Assembly: GCA_963743755.1 (NCBI GenBank)
Contig: CAVUQU010000003.1
Location: 251,326-315,325, forward strand
Direction: 5' to 3'
Length of the DNA stretch: 64,000 nucleotides
DNA from: an uncultured bacterium
GTDB lineage: Bacteria > Acidobacteriota > Aminicenantia > Aminicenantales > Saccharicenantaceae
Made by a program: the position numbers and the translations under genes. Below, one piece after another: positions 1 to 9,634 of the stretch. The notes beneath the pieces were generated by a model, which made no database searches, was not told where the DNA came from, and saw only the letters and a program-made list of their open reading frames with translations. The number at the start of each line of letters is the position of its first letter. Position 1 is the stretch's first letter.

Positions 1-525
1 GGCAACTGGGACGCTGTCCTGGCCGGCCTGACCCTCTTCGGCGTGGATTTCTTCAACGAGACCTGGAACGGCTGGGTCCTGGTCCTGACGGGGCGGTCGG
101 CCTTCTGGACGACGCCGGGCGATACGGCCCTGCGGACCATGGTCGGCTGGAACATCGAGATCATGTTCATGTTCGTCCTCGCCGGCATCATCTACTATCA
201 CACGATCTCGGACGATCCCAAGGAGAAGATCCTCGGGCTGAACAACCGCTGGTTCTGGGCGATCGGCTACGCCGTCTTCTGCGTCTTCGTCGAGGTCCTC
301 CTCAACATCGGGGGGCTGCTCGTCTGGGAATACCCCTTCTGGAACCGCTCCTTCGGGGGCATCTGGCTGATCTTCGTCTTCGGCTACTTCTACTTCTACG
401 CCGCCGTCATCTTCGTGCTCGGCCTGAAGAAGCGGTCGAAGCAGGTCCTGGCGGTGGCGATCATCTACGCCGTGCCCATCCTGATGAACATCATCGCCAG
501 GGCGGCCTTGGGCTGGAGATACTGA
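1..525 (+). CDS. polytopic membrane protein, 5' end outside window
   Basis: Frame 1 is open from base 1 to TGA 523-525, and the listed ORF 43-525 is its tail. Several hydrophobic helices are present (IMFMFVLAGIIYY, WFWAIGYAVFCVFVEVLL, IWLIFVFGYFYFYAAVIFVLGL). No family recognised. Confidence 0.6.
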   Translation, partial: GNWDAVLAGLTLFGVDFFNETWNGWVLVLTGRSAFWTTPGDTALRTMVGWNIEIMFMFVLAGIIYYHTISDDPKEKILGLNNRWFWAIGYAVFCVFVEVLLNIGGLLVWEYPFWNRSFGGIWLIFVFGYFYFYAAVIFVLGLKKRSKQVLAVAIIYAVPILMNIIARAALGWRY

Positions 526-538
526 GCGGGGCCGCGGG

Positions 539-820
539 TCAGCGGTAGAGGCAGAGGTAGGCCGCGTCGGCCGCGACCTTGAGCTGGAATTTCTTCCCGG
601 CCTCGACCGTGAAGCTCGACCCGGCGGCGTAGTCCTTCCAAACATCGCTCCCCGGCAGCCTGACCGTGAGAACGCCGGAGACCACGGACATGATCTCGAC
701 CGTGGACGTGCCGAACTCGTAGTCCCCCGCCGCCATGACGCCGACCGTCGCCGGGCCGTCGGCCGTCGCGAAGGCCAGGGATTTCACCTTGCCGTCGAAA
801 TACTCGTTGACCTTAAACAT
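539..820 (-). CDS. ppnP: pyrimidine/purine nucleoside phosphorylase PpnP (DUF1255/YaiE family)
   Basis: 93 aa. The N-terminus [17 protein letters not shown] and overall length match the PpnP family. Overlaps the upstream gene's stop by 8 nt. Confidence 0.85.
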   Translation of the reverse strand: MFKVNEYFDGKVKSLAFATADGPATVGVMAAGDYEFGTSTVEIMSVVSGVLTVRLPGSDVWKDYAAGSSFTVEAGKKFQLKVAADAAYLCLYR

Positions 821-1463
821 GCTTGCCTCTCATTTTGGCCAATAACTCCACGACCAGGTTGGCCTGCATGGCCGCGACCAGGGCCACGCGCGGGGCCATC
901 GGGCTGACGCCCTTCGGGTCCTGGCTCTCCTCGTCGCCGCAGATGTAGAGATTGCCCATGCGGCGGGTGTGGATCCTGTGGTTCCTGCCGTAGCCGGCCA
1001 GGCCCGAGGCCGCGACGATGGGCCGGCCGGGGAAATGCGACAGGCTGGACTCGATGAGCATCTCCTTGGCGTCGGCCCGGTCGAACGCCTCGACGAGGAC
1101 GTCCACCCGGCCGAAGATCTTCGTCGCGTTCCTGCGGTTTATCCGGACGTCGTGGATCTCATAGAGGGAGTAGGGATTGACGGCCAGGAGGTTCTCCCGG
1201 AGCGCCTCGACCTTCCGCTCGCCGACCTGGTCGACGAAGTACTGCTGGCGGTTGAGGTTCGAAGGCTCGATCCGGTCGAAGTCGGCGATGACCAGCCGGC
1301 CGATCCCCGCCCGGGCCAGGGCGACCGCGACGTTGGAGCCCAGACCGCCGGCGCCGGCGATGCCGACCGAGCTCTGCCGGAGCACGGCCAGGACCGCCGG
1401 ATCGCGGTGGGCGAAGAACTCCCGGGCGAAGGCGATCGTCCCGGGTTTCGGCAGGGCCTTCAT
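813..1463 (-). CDS. ThiF/MoeB/HesA-family adenylyltransferase (short, adenylation domain only)
   Basis: ATG at 1463 (MKALPKPG...). Nucleotide-binding loop [22 protein letters not shown] and [13 protein letters not shown] motif. ATGA overlap with the upstream MobB-like gene. Confidence 0.8.
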   Translation of the reverse strand: MKALPKPGTIAFAREFFAHRDPAVLAVLRQSSVGIAGAGGLGSNVAVALARAGIGRLVIADFDRIEPSNLNRQQYFVDQVGERKVEALRENLLAVNPYSLYEIHDVRINRRNATKIFGRVDVLVEAFDRADAKEMLIESSLSHFPGRPIVAASGLAGYGRNHRIHTRRMGNLYICGDEESQDPKGVSPMAPRVALVAAMQANLVVELLAKMRGKHV

Positions 1464-2138
1464 GGCTTGACCGGCAGCTCGGCCGTGTCCCCCGCCCTGT
1501 CGATGACGAGGGCGATCCTCTTCGGTTCCGGGCCGATGCCGCTCAGCGAGGTGACCATCCCCAGGACGGTCCGTTCGATGAACGTCCGGACGAACGGGTT
1601 CAGGTTGACCTCCCGGCCGTCCACTTCGAGCTTGATGTCCGCCATGTCCGCCTCCTCCAGAGACAGGATCCGATCGCAGATCGCCGCGAGATCGTCGGGC
1701 TTGAAGACAGGGACGGCGACGTCGGCGGACACCGGGAGATCCGAGACGACCGCCAGGAGCTCCTCCGGCAGGCCGACCGGCGCTTCGGAGACGCCGGCCC
1801 GCAGGACTTCGATCTTGCGCGTCCCGCGGATGTCCTTCCCGCCCTCGATGAGGACGACGTCGGCTTTCGGGGAAAAGCCGCGCCGCGAACCGCGGCAGGT
1901 CCCCGGCCGGGCCCCGGCCCAGCGCCGCCCAGCCTTCCGGCGAGACCATGGCCGTGCCGTCGGCCCCGGCAGCGGCGAAGTCCGCCGTGTCCTTCCCCTC
2001 CGTGTCGAGCGAAAAGCCGTGGGAGCAGCGCTTGAGGGCCGCGACGCGCAGCCCGCGCCGCACGAGCTCGCCGATGAGCCGGACGACGAGCCGCGTCTTG
2101 CCGCTCCCGGAGAAGCCGACGACCGCGACGATCCTCAT
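1460..2138 (-). pseudogene. mobB: MobB-like P-loop GTPase with about 90-aa C-terminal extension; one frame break
   Basis: N-terminus MRIVAVVGFSGSGKTRLV (P-loop) is in the frame starting at 2138. The protein continues as ...KADVVLIEGGKDIRGTRKIEVL... in the frame of ORF 1460-1732. The junction lies in the G4A4 run around 1866-1876. Length is 3n+1. Confidence 0.7.
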
Positions 2139-2145
2139 CTCGTTC

Positions 2146-2174
2146 TAAATAGCATAGGGGCCCCGGCAAGTCAA
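2146..2174 (-). promoter_or_regulatory. sigma70-like promoter of mobB-like operon (leaderless)
   Basis: Minus strand reads TTGACT - 17 nt - TATTTA - 7 nt - ATG(2138). Confidence 0.55.
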
Positions 2175-2216
2175 AAAGCGGTCGGGCTTTCCACGTCCCC
2201 GGGGCGCGCCCGAGGT

Positions 2217-3843
2217 CTATTGCCAGGCGACCTTCATGTTCTCCGGGCCGCGGGCCTTGACCTCGGGCCTCAGGTCGAGCTTCAGGAGAGCGGGCCTGTT
2301 GCCGATGTCCATGGCCACGCGATAGACGAGCTCCGAGACCTTCTCCATCTTGACGTAGTCGGCCTTGGCCTCGACATCCCCCTCCGTATGGTAGTCATCG
2401 GTCGTCCCGCAGAAGAACCACACGCCCGGGATGCCGTAGCGGATGTAGGGGTACTGGTCGCTGCGGAAGAAAAAGCGGTCGGGATGGCCGGGGGCCTCGT
2501 AGGTGTAGTCGAGGCGGAGGCCGGGACCCGGCGATCCGTTCATGGCCTTGATGCTGGCGTCGAGCTCCGAGCTGAGCTTGTTCGAGCCGATGAGGTAGAG
2601 GTGGTCCGTGGCGTTGCGCGAGATCATGTCCAGATTGAGGTTGGCGCTGATCTTTTCGACCGGCACGGGGCAGTGCTGGACGAAATAGTAAGAGCCGAGG
2701 AGCATCAGCTCTTCGGCCGTGTTCCAGACGAAGACGACGGACCGCTTGGGCGGCGCGAGGAGCAGGGCCTCGGCGATCTCGAACATGCCGACGACGCCGG
2801 AGATGTTATCGTCCGAGCCGGGATAGACCCGGCCCTCGCGGACGGCCAGGTGGTCGTGGTGGGAGCAGATGGTGAGGTATTCCTGCCGCAGGACCGGATC
2901 GGCGCCCTCGACACAACCGACGACGTTGAAGGCCCGGTCGCGCCTCGAGGCGGTCACGATCTCGATCTCCAGGCGCCGGCCGGACAGGACCTTCGCGGCG
3001 ACGGGCTGGCCCTCCCGGAGAGACGCGGACATGGCGGCCAGCTCCTGCGTCGAACATCCCAGGATGGCGGCGCCCGCCGCTTGCCTGACCTCGACCTGGA
3101 GGAAGGGCGCCGAAGCCGGCCGTGAGGGACCCGCCCCCGGAGCGGCGTTGTCGATGTCCAGGACCCTGGTGCGCCTGGGAAGGTCGAAAGACAATCCCTT
3201 CCCGGTCAAACGCGATTCGCGCGCATCGTCGATGATCGTGACGACCGCCGCAGCGCCTTTCCCGCGCAAAGCACCGGCCCGGCCCCCGAGGAGCCGCCGG
3301 TTCGCGGCCGGCTGGAGCGGATGCCCGTCGGGAAGCGTCGCTTCGAGAATGATGGCGATCTTACCCAGGAGGTCGATCCCGGCGCAATCGTCCCAACCGA
3401 GGTCCGGGGCGCCGAGCCCGTAGCCTAGGAAGACGACCTCGCCCGAGGCCCGGCCCGGCTCGAACCAGCGGCCGGCCGTCGCATCGGCGGGGAAGGTGAA
3501 GGTCCGCTCACCCGACGCGACAGCGAGTCTCATCCGAGAGGATGACGGCACGACGGAAACGACCTCGACCGGGACTTCCTGGAAATACGAACCTCCCGGC
3601 ATCAACGGCTTCAGCCCGATGCGCTCGGCCGTGAGCGCGATGTACCGGGAGGCGAGGTCCTGTTCGGCGGACGGCGTCTCCCGGCCGCGGAACTCCGGCG
3701 CCCCCAGGAACTTCAGATGGAAGGACATGTCGTCGCCGCGGATCGCCTCGAGGGCCCGCGTCGGCGCGTCGTCCGAACACGAGCAGAGGGCGAGGACCAG
3801 GCCGGCCAGCAGGAAGGCTGTCGAAGTCCGGTGATCTTCTCAT
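2217..3843 (-). CDS. M28-family aminopeptidase with PA domain, lipoprotein; indel in signal-peptide region
   Basis: 503-aa ORF 2217-3728 has M28 features (SHHDH, GSDDNISG, EELMLLGS). A lipoprotein signal ...AFLLAGLVLALCSCSDD is in frame upstream, but the only ATG (3841-3843) is offset by one base, so there is an indel between about 3815 and 3840. Confidence 0.8.
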
Positions 3844-3921
3844 GGGCGCCTCTTCGATCGGGATTTCATCACTCTAGGTAACTTATCGGGTCGGAGTTGT
3901 CAAACGGCACCCCTCCGGGGA

Positions 3922-3949
3922 TTGCTTTCCGTTCCGGGTGGGTTATAAT
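3922..3949 (+). promoter_or_regulatory. sigma70-like promoter of amino acid permease
   Basis: TTGCTT (3922-3927) - 16 nt - TATAAT (3944-3949), 36 nt upstream of ATG 3986. Confidence 0.5.
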
Positions 3950-3985
3950 CCCCACCTTGACCGCCGCGAACGGAAGAGAGGTCAC

Positions 3986-5393
3986 ATGAACATCTGGAAG
4001 ACCAAGTCGCCGGCCCAGATCGCCGAAGCCGCCGAACATACCCAGCTCAAGAAGAACCTGACCGCCGTCGACCTGGCCGCCCTCGGGATCGGCTCCGTCG
4101 TCGGGACGGGCATCTTCGTGGCGACCGGGCAGGGCGCCCAGCTGGCCGGGCCCGGGATCCTTCTCTCGTTCATCATCGCCGCCGTCACCTGCGGCTTCTG
4201 CGCCCTGACCTACGCGGAGCTGGCCTGCATGTTCCCGGTCGCGGGCAGCACCTATTCGTACTCCTACGTCGCCTTCGGCGAGGTCATCGCCTGGATCATC
4301 GGCTGGGACCTCATGCTCGAATACCTCGTGGCCGCGAGCGCCGTGGCCTCGGGCTGGTCGACGACCTTCATCGGCCTCATCCAAAGCGCCGGGGTCAAGC
4401 TGCCGACAGCCTTCCTGACGCCGCCGATCACGACGGTCGACCATAAGGTCGTCCTGTCCGGGGGGATCATCGACGTCCCCGCCGTCGTCATCACGCTGCT
4501 CATCACCTGGGTCCTCTACATCGGCATCCGGGAAAGCGCCAAGATCAACAACATCATCGTCGTCATCAAGATCGCCGTCATCCTCCTCTTCATCGTCCTC
4601 GGCGTCCGGCACATCAGCCTGGCCAACCTGCAGCCCATGATGCCCTTCGGCTGGAAGGGCGTCATGGCCGGCGCGGCCATCATCTTCTTCGCCTACATCG
4701 GCTTCGACGCCGTCTCGACGGCCGCGGAAGAAACGAAGAACCCCAAGAAAGACGTCCCGCTCGGGCTGATGCTCTGCCTGGGCGTGGTCATCGTTCTCTA
4801 CGTCGCCGTCGCGTTCGTGCTGACGGGGATCGTGCCGTACAAGCTGATCGACGTCGGCAACGCCCTGCCCGCAGCCCTGAGCCGGATCGGCATCCAATGG
4901 GGCGGGGCGCTGGTGGCCACGGGGGCCATCATCGGCATGATCTCGACGCTGCTGGTCACGCTCTACGGCCAGATCCGCATCTTCATGGTCATGGCCCGCG
5001 ACGGCCTCCTGCCCGCCGCCTTCGCCAAAGTCCACCCCAAGCACAAGACGCCCCACGTCTGCACCTGGATCACGGGCGTCGCCACGGCCGTGATCGCCGG
5101 CCTCTTCCCCCTGCCGATGATCATCGACCTCTGCAACATCGGGACCCTGTTCGCCTTCATCCTCGTCTCCGCGGGCGTCATCCTCCTGAGGAAGACGCAG
5201 CCCGATGTCGAGCGGAAGTTCAAGACGCCGGGCATGCCCTTCACGCCGCTCATCACCATCGGCTTCTGCTTCTACCTGATGGCCAGCCTGCCCGAGAGTG
5301 ACCTGGATCCGGTTCGGGGTGTGGATGCTGGCCGGACTGGCGATCTACTTCATGTACGGCTTCCGCCACAGCAAGCTGCAGAAAACGAGCTGA
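3986..5393 (+). CDS. APC-superfamily amino acid permease (cationic amino acid transporter type); indel near 3' end
   Basis: Starts MNIWKTKSPAQ..., with 12-TM APC-type sequence (GIGSVVGTGIFV, FAYIGFDAVSTAAEE). After ...LMASLPES the protein continues in another frame as TWIRFGVWMLAGLAIYFMYGFRHSKLQKTS with TGA at 5391-5393. Extra base near 5298-5300. Confidence 0.85.
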
Positions 5394-5406
5394 GCGGGGC
5401 GCGAGC

Positions 5407-5435
5407 TTGACGGCCCGGCCCGGCCATGCTAGTCT
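5407..5435 (+). promoter_or_regulatory. candidate promoter of TonB-dependent receptor
   Basis: TTGACG (5407-5412) - 17 nt - TAGTCT (5430-5435). Confidence 0.4.
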
Positions 5436-5544
5436 ACGCCTTCTCTCCGAGCCGGAGGCGCTAACGCCTTATTCGGTCATGCCCTCCGGCCGATAGGGAA
5501 AAGCTGGAAACGGCTTTTCCTTCCAATTCGAAAAGGAGAATCCC
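5436..5544 (+). promoter_or_regulatory. about 110-nt structured 5' leader of the TonB-dependent receptor gene
   Basis: Two perfect 8-bp hairpins: GCCGGAGG(5451-5458)/CCTCCGGC(5483-5490) and GGAAAAGC(5497-5504)/GCTTTTCC(5513-5520). An SD AGGAG sits at 5534-5538. Confidence 0.4.
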
Positions 5545-7501
5545 ATGACGACAGCTCTGCGTCCATTCCCCCGTCGCGTTCATCCCGCTCGCTCCTGTTC
5601 TGGTCTCTCGCTCGTCGTGTCCACGGCCCTGGCCCAGACAACGGCCGAGGATCAGAAGCCCAAGAAGGAACAGGAAAAGCCGGTCCGGATCACCGAGGAG
5701 ATCCAGGTCATCGGCAAAGCCCCCAAGGACGTCCCCCTGGCCACCGTCTCGACGATCGGGACCACGGACATCGGCAAGCTCAAGCCCCGGGACCTCTCCG
5801 ACGTCCTCAAGTACATCCCCGGCTCCATGGTCACCTTCGGAGACAAGGACACCTACAACCTGAAGCTCCGCGGCATCGGCGCCAACCGGATCGCCCTGCT
5901 CGTCGACGGCGTGCCCGTCTACGAGCCCTACTTCTCCACCTTCGACCTGAAGACGGTCTCGGCCGGCGGCATCGATACGTTGCAGGTGACCAAGGGACCG
6001 TCTTCCGTCCTCTACGGACCCAACACGCTCGGCGGCCTGGTCAACGTCATCACCCGGCGGCCCTCCTCCCGGCCCTACCTCTCCCTCACCGGCAGCTACG
6101 GCGACAAAGCCACGACGGGCCTGGGCGCCGACGGGTCGTACGCCTGGAAGAGCTTCTCGCTCGCGGCCAGCGCCCTCTACCAGGCCTCGGACGGATTCTT
6201 CTATCCCGATCCCGAGATCGGCAAGACCCGAGGCGCCAACGGCGACTTCGAGCGCCTCAACCTCAGCGGCAAGCTCTATTTCACGCCCTCGGACAAGACA
6301 GAGATCATGGTCAGCGGCGGGACATACCGGTCCGAGTACGGCATGCCCCCGGCCCTCTTCACCCAGCGCGCCCGGTATTGGCGATTTCCGAAGTGGGACC
6401 GGTCGAGCCTCAGCGCCGGCGGCTTCACCTCCCTCGGCGGTGACGCCGTTCTGCGCTTCCGCGGCTTCTATGTCAATTACCTCAACACGCTCGACTGGTT
6501 CGCCGACCCGGCGATGACCGAGCTCGACTCGTCGAGCACCTACGACAACTCGTCCTACGGCGGTTTCGCGCTGGCCGAAGTGCCCGCCGGCGAACGGAAC
6601 ACGCTCAAGGCCAGCCTGCTCTACCAGAAGGATATCGCCCGCATCCAGGACGACGCCGGGCTGCCATGGGACCGTTACGACCAGGGGACGCTGTCGGCCG
6701 GGATTGAGGACGAATTCCGTCTGACCGACGCAGTGGAGGGTCATCGGCGGCCTGAGCCTCGATACGATCGACAATTTCCAGGGAGGTGACAACAACACCT
6801 CGCTCAATCCCCTGATCGGCGTCAAGTTCACGCCCAACGACGACCTCGACTTCCACGTCTCCTTCGCCCGCAAGTCGCGCTTCCCCTCGATGCGCTCCCT
6901 CTATTCGACGAGCTCAGGGAATCCGGACCTTTTGGCCGAGTCAGGAACGAGCTTCGAGTTCGCCGCGACCTGGAGCGGGCCGGTCTACCTCACGGGGACC
7001 GTCTTCTTTAACCGCTTCAGGAACTTCATCGACACCATCACCTTGGAGGGCGGAACGCGGCTGTACGTCAACGTCGGCGAGGCCCACATCTACGGCTTCG
7101 AGGTCCAGGCCCAGAAAAAGCTGCGCTGGCTGGAGGCGACGGTAAACTACACCTTCCTCGATCCGCGGAACGACACGGACGACAGGCCCCTCGACGCCCA
7201 GCCCAGGAACAACCTCAACTTCGACGTCTCGGTCCTGCCGGCCAAGGGCGTCCGGGCCGGCCTCTACGGGATGCTGGGCTCGAAGTCCTGGTGGTGGAAC
7301 ACGCGAACCAACCCCGCCACGTTGCTGGAGATCCCTTCGTATTTCAACCTCGACGGCATCGTCAGCTACGAATTCCGGGAGCGCTACCAGGTCTTCGTGA
7401 AGCTCGGAAACGTCTTCGACCACTACTTCTACACGGAGCCCGGCTTCCCCTGGCGGGGCCGCTACTTCGAGGTGGGGCTGAGACTGGACGTGCTGAAGTA
7501 G
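5545..7501 (+). pseudogene. TonB-dependent outer-membrane receptor; one frame break
   Basis: Signal peptide, plug domain (IQVIGK..., LRGIGANRIALLVDGVPV, VTKGPSSVLYGPNTLGGLVNVITR) and barrel. ORF 5545-6789 and ORF 6890-7501 join via ...EFRLTD|..RVIGGLSLDTIDNFQGG... near 6725-6740. Ends with a barrel terminal strand ...GRYFEVGLRLDVLK. Confidence 0.85.
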
Positions 7502-7504
7502 GGA

Positions 7505-8050
7505 TTAGAGCCCTAGCTCCTGGTCGATCCCCTGCATGGCCGCGATGGCGATCGACAGGAACTCGTCGAGCTCGAGCCCGAGGTTGCGGCACTGCTCGAT
7601 CTCTTCGCGCCGGGCGCCCCGGGCGAAGCTCTTCTCCTTGTAGCGCCGTTTGAGGAACTCGAGGTCGATCGACTTCAGCTTCTTCGTCGGGTGCATCAGG
7701 GTCGCTGAGATGATCAGCCCGGTCAGCGGGTCGACGGAGTAGATGGCCCAGTCCATGGGCGATTCGCAGGGGACCTTGCCCGCGTGGGCCTGGACGGCGT
7801 GGACGACCGGCTCGTCGATGCCCTTCTCCCGGAGGACCTTGACCGTCTCGGTCGTGTGGAGCTCGGGACTCTTGTCCGTCACCTCGTAGTCGAGGTCGTG
7901 GAGGATTCCGGCCAGTCCCCAGGGCTCGGGGTCGTGGCCGAGCCGCACGGCCAGGGAGCGCATGCAGGCTTCGACGGACAGGCAATGCTTGATGAGGTTC
8001 TTGTTCGTCATGTGGCTTTTGAGCAGGTCGAGGGCTTCGTCGCGGGTCAT
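7505..8050 (-). CDS. HD-domain metal-dependent phosphohydrolase
   Basis: 181 aa with H...HD motif (IKHCLSVE..., AGILHDLDY). Confidence 0.75.
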   Translation of the reverse strand: MTRDEALDLLKSHMTNKNLIKHCLSVEACMRSLAVRLGHDPEPWGLAGILHDLDYEVTDKSPELHTTETVKVLREKGIDEPVVHAVQAHAGKVPCESPMDWAIYSVDPLTGLIISATLMHPTKKLKSIDLEFLKRRYKEKSFARGARREEIEQCRNLGLELDEFLSIAIAAMQGIDQELGL

Positions 8051-8062
8051 CGTCGGTCTCCT

Positions 8063-8506
8063 TCAGTTGTAGGATTCCATCACCGCCCGGTCTTCCTTCA
8101 TCAGGTCGCCGGCGATCTCTTCCATCTTCATGTCCTTCCAGTAGGGCAGCTTCTGATGGGCCTCGTAGTACTTGAGCGGGATGGGATGCGTGCCGACCAC
8201 GACGGGAAGGCCGTACTTCGACTCGATGAACTGCTTGAACTGGGCGATGTAGGGGCAGGGCGGGTAGCCGACGACGAAGCCCGTGGCCAGGTGTATCGCC
8301 TCGGCCCCGTTCTTCTTCATCTCCTCGGGGACGTACTCGATGTTGCCGCCGGGACAGCCGCCGCAGTTCGAGAACCCGACGATCTCCAGGGGCTCGTCCT
8401 TGGCATAGCGGGCGAACCCGCCGGCGCGCTCGCGGGCGGCCCGGAAGCACTTACCGCCGCCGCAGGACTGGTACCGGCTGCAGATGATGATGCCGACTTT
8501 TTTCAT
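8063..8506 (-). CDS. CGGC-domain protein
   Basis: 147 aa with cysteine pattern CSRYQSCGGGKC ... NCGGCPG typical of the CGGC domain. SD AGGAG upstream. Confidence 0.75.
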   Translation of the reverse strand: MKKVGIIICSRYQSCGGGKCFRAARERAGGFARYAKDEPLEIVGFSNCGGCPGGNIEYVPEEMKKNGAEAIHLATGFVVGYPPCPYIAQFKQFIESKYGLPVVVGTHPIPLKYYEAHQKLPYWKDMKMEEIAGDLMKEDRAVMESYN

Positions 8507-8575
8507 GGTCCGCTCCTGTTCAGAGAAGGCAAGGATAACTCAAACGGAGGGCGCCGTCCAGCGCTCGCGAGGCCT

Positions 8576-9316
8576 TCACCGGGACCTGAGGAAGACGATG
8601 TGTTGCCGGCCGGTGTCCGAGGCCTCTTCGAAAAGGACGACATAGGGAGACGACCAGACCGCCCCGGCGACCAGGGTTCCGGAAGTCAGGTGTTGACCTA
8701 TCCGCTCTCCCGTCCGAAGATCGAAGACGAAGAGACGGTCGGCGGCCGGAGAAACCAGAAGCGATGAGCCGGCACGGACCGGCTCGAAGACGATCCTGGA
8801 GGGAATGGCTTCCCAGGAAAGGATCGATCCTCCTCTGGCGGAAAGGAAGTATATGGTGCTGTTCGAGGCAACGACCGCGATCCGGCGGCCCGCGACGATG
8901 GGGGGATAGAGCAGCGCGCCCTGGAGCTTGCGCTTCCATTTCACTTTACCGGTCGAGGCGTCCAGACAGTAGAACATCCGATCGGCCGAGCCGAAATAGA
9001 CCCGCTCACCGGCCGCGACCCGCGTATCGGGCGGGACCGATTTGGCTGTCGGATCGGCGTCCTTATGCCGCCGCAGGACGGTCCTGGTCGAAACAACGAG
9101 CTCGGTGAGATAGCCGTCACGGGTGACGAAATGGAGGATGCCGTCCCGCACCCGCGGCTGGCCGGCGATTTGACCGTCGATGTCGAACGTTCCGGCCACG
9201 GCCAGAGGGAGGCGGAGGGGGAAGGGATCGACACGCGCCTTGCCCGCCGGTGACGCGCAGGCGATCATCATCAGCCCTGACAAGCACGGGATCATGAGCT
9301 TTTCGAGTCGAGACAT
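8576..9316 (-). CDS. PQQ-like beta-propeller repeat lipoprotein (BamB-like fold)
   Basis: Start taken as ATG 9316 (MSRLEKLMIPCLSGLMMIACASP, lipobox). Repeats of the VYFGSADRMFYCLDASTGKVKWK type. The TTG at 9340 in the track lies beyond (5' of) the -10 box, so it is unlikely to be in the transcript. Confidence 0.7.
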   Translation of the reverse strand: MSRLEKLMIPCLSGLMMIACASPAGKARVDPFPLRLPLAVAGTFDIDGQIAGQPRVRDGILHFVTRDGYLTELVVSTRTVLRRHKDADPTAKSVPPDTRVAAGERVYFGSADRMFYCLDASTGKVKWKRKLQGALLYPPIVAGRRIAVVASNSTIYFLSARGGSILSWEAIPSRIVFEPVRAGSSLLVSPAADRLFVFDLRTGERIGQHLTSGTLVAGAVWSSPYVVLFEEASDTGRQHIVFLRSR

Positions 9317-9328
9317 GGCGGCGGGGGC

Positions 9329-9334
9329 ATTATA
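9329..9334 (-). promoter_or_regulatory. -10 box (TATAAT) of propeller-CGGC-HD operon
   Basis: Minus strand reads TATAAT, then 12 nt to ATG 9316. Confidence 0.4.
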
Positions 9335-9437
9335 TGACAATTCGGGATCTCAGAATACGAAGGAGAAAAGGCCTGAGGCAGGGATTAACGATGCCGCGGA
9401 AGAAGGGGCTGAGGGGCATCATCGGAGTGAGCATCAA

Positions 9438-9517
9438 GCGGTGATTTAGCCTTCGCGGGAGGGAGATGCGGACTCCTCCCATCAGCTCCCGACCGGGAAG
9501 GCGTGAAAAATCACCGC
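9438..9517. other. 80-nt extended imperfect hairpin in a non-coding gap
   Basis: Outer 10-bp stem GCGGTGATTT(9438-9447)/AAATCACCGC(9508-9517). Nested stems are CCTTC(9450-9454)/GAAGG(9497-9501), CGGGA/TCCCG and GGGAG/CTCCC. A second hairpin CGGAGG(9524-9529)/CCTCCG(9544-9549) follows. Confidence 0.4.
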
Positions 9518-9586
9518 AGCGAACGGAGGTGAGCCCTGAAGCCCCTCCGCGGCAACAGGTCCTCCGAGAGAGATGTCGGGAAGTTT

Positions 9587-9615
9587 TTGCGCCGGGGGGC
9601 CTAAACTGGTATGAT
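9587..9615 (+). promoter_or_regulatory. sigma70-like promoter with extended -10 for the 65-aa ORF
   Basis: TTGCGC (9587-9592) - 17 nt - TGgTATGAT (9607-9615), 19 nt upstream of ATG 9635. Confidence 0.5.
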
Positions 9616-9634
9616 TTCCGGCTGAGAGCCGGGA

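Noticed and set aside
969-3125. 718-aa plus-strand ORF
   Set aside because: It lies antisense to the thiF-like, mobB-like and M28 genes and has no start context. Its composition is dominated by R/G/P/D/E/A/V, which is typical of stop-poor shadow frames in GC-rich DNA. The opposite strand encodes recognisable families.
5436-5544. Cobalamin riboswitch upstream of the TonB-dependent receptor (AGGGAA-like motif at 5495-5500)
   Set aside because: The leader is only about 110 nt, there is no B12-box-like GCCACTG core, and the overall architecture is too small for a cobalamin aptamer.
9438-9517. tRNA, tRNA-Sec or tmRNA-like gene, suggested by the about 80-nt length and terminal 7-10-bp stem
   Set aside because: It cannot be folded into a cloverleaf on either strand. 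There is no T-loop (GTTCRANNC) or D-loop consensus. The structure is a single rod.
9618-9632. CUGAGA-containing hairpin as a possible TPP riboswitch (THI-box)
   Set aside because: It is only a 15-nt hairpin. The remaining conserved TPP-aptamer elements are absent, and the downstream gene is unrelated to thiamine.
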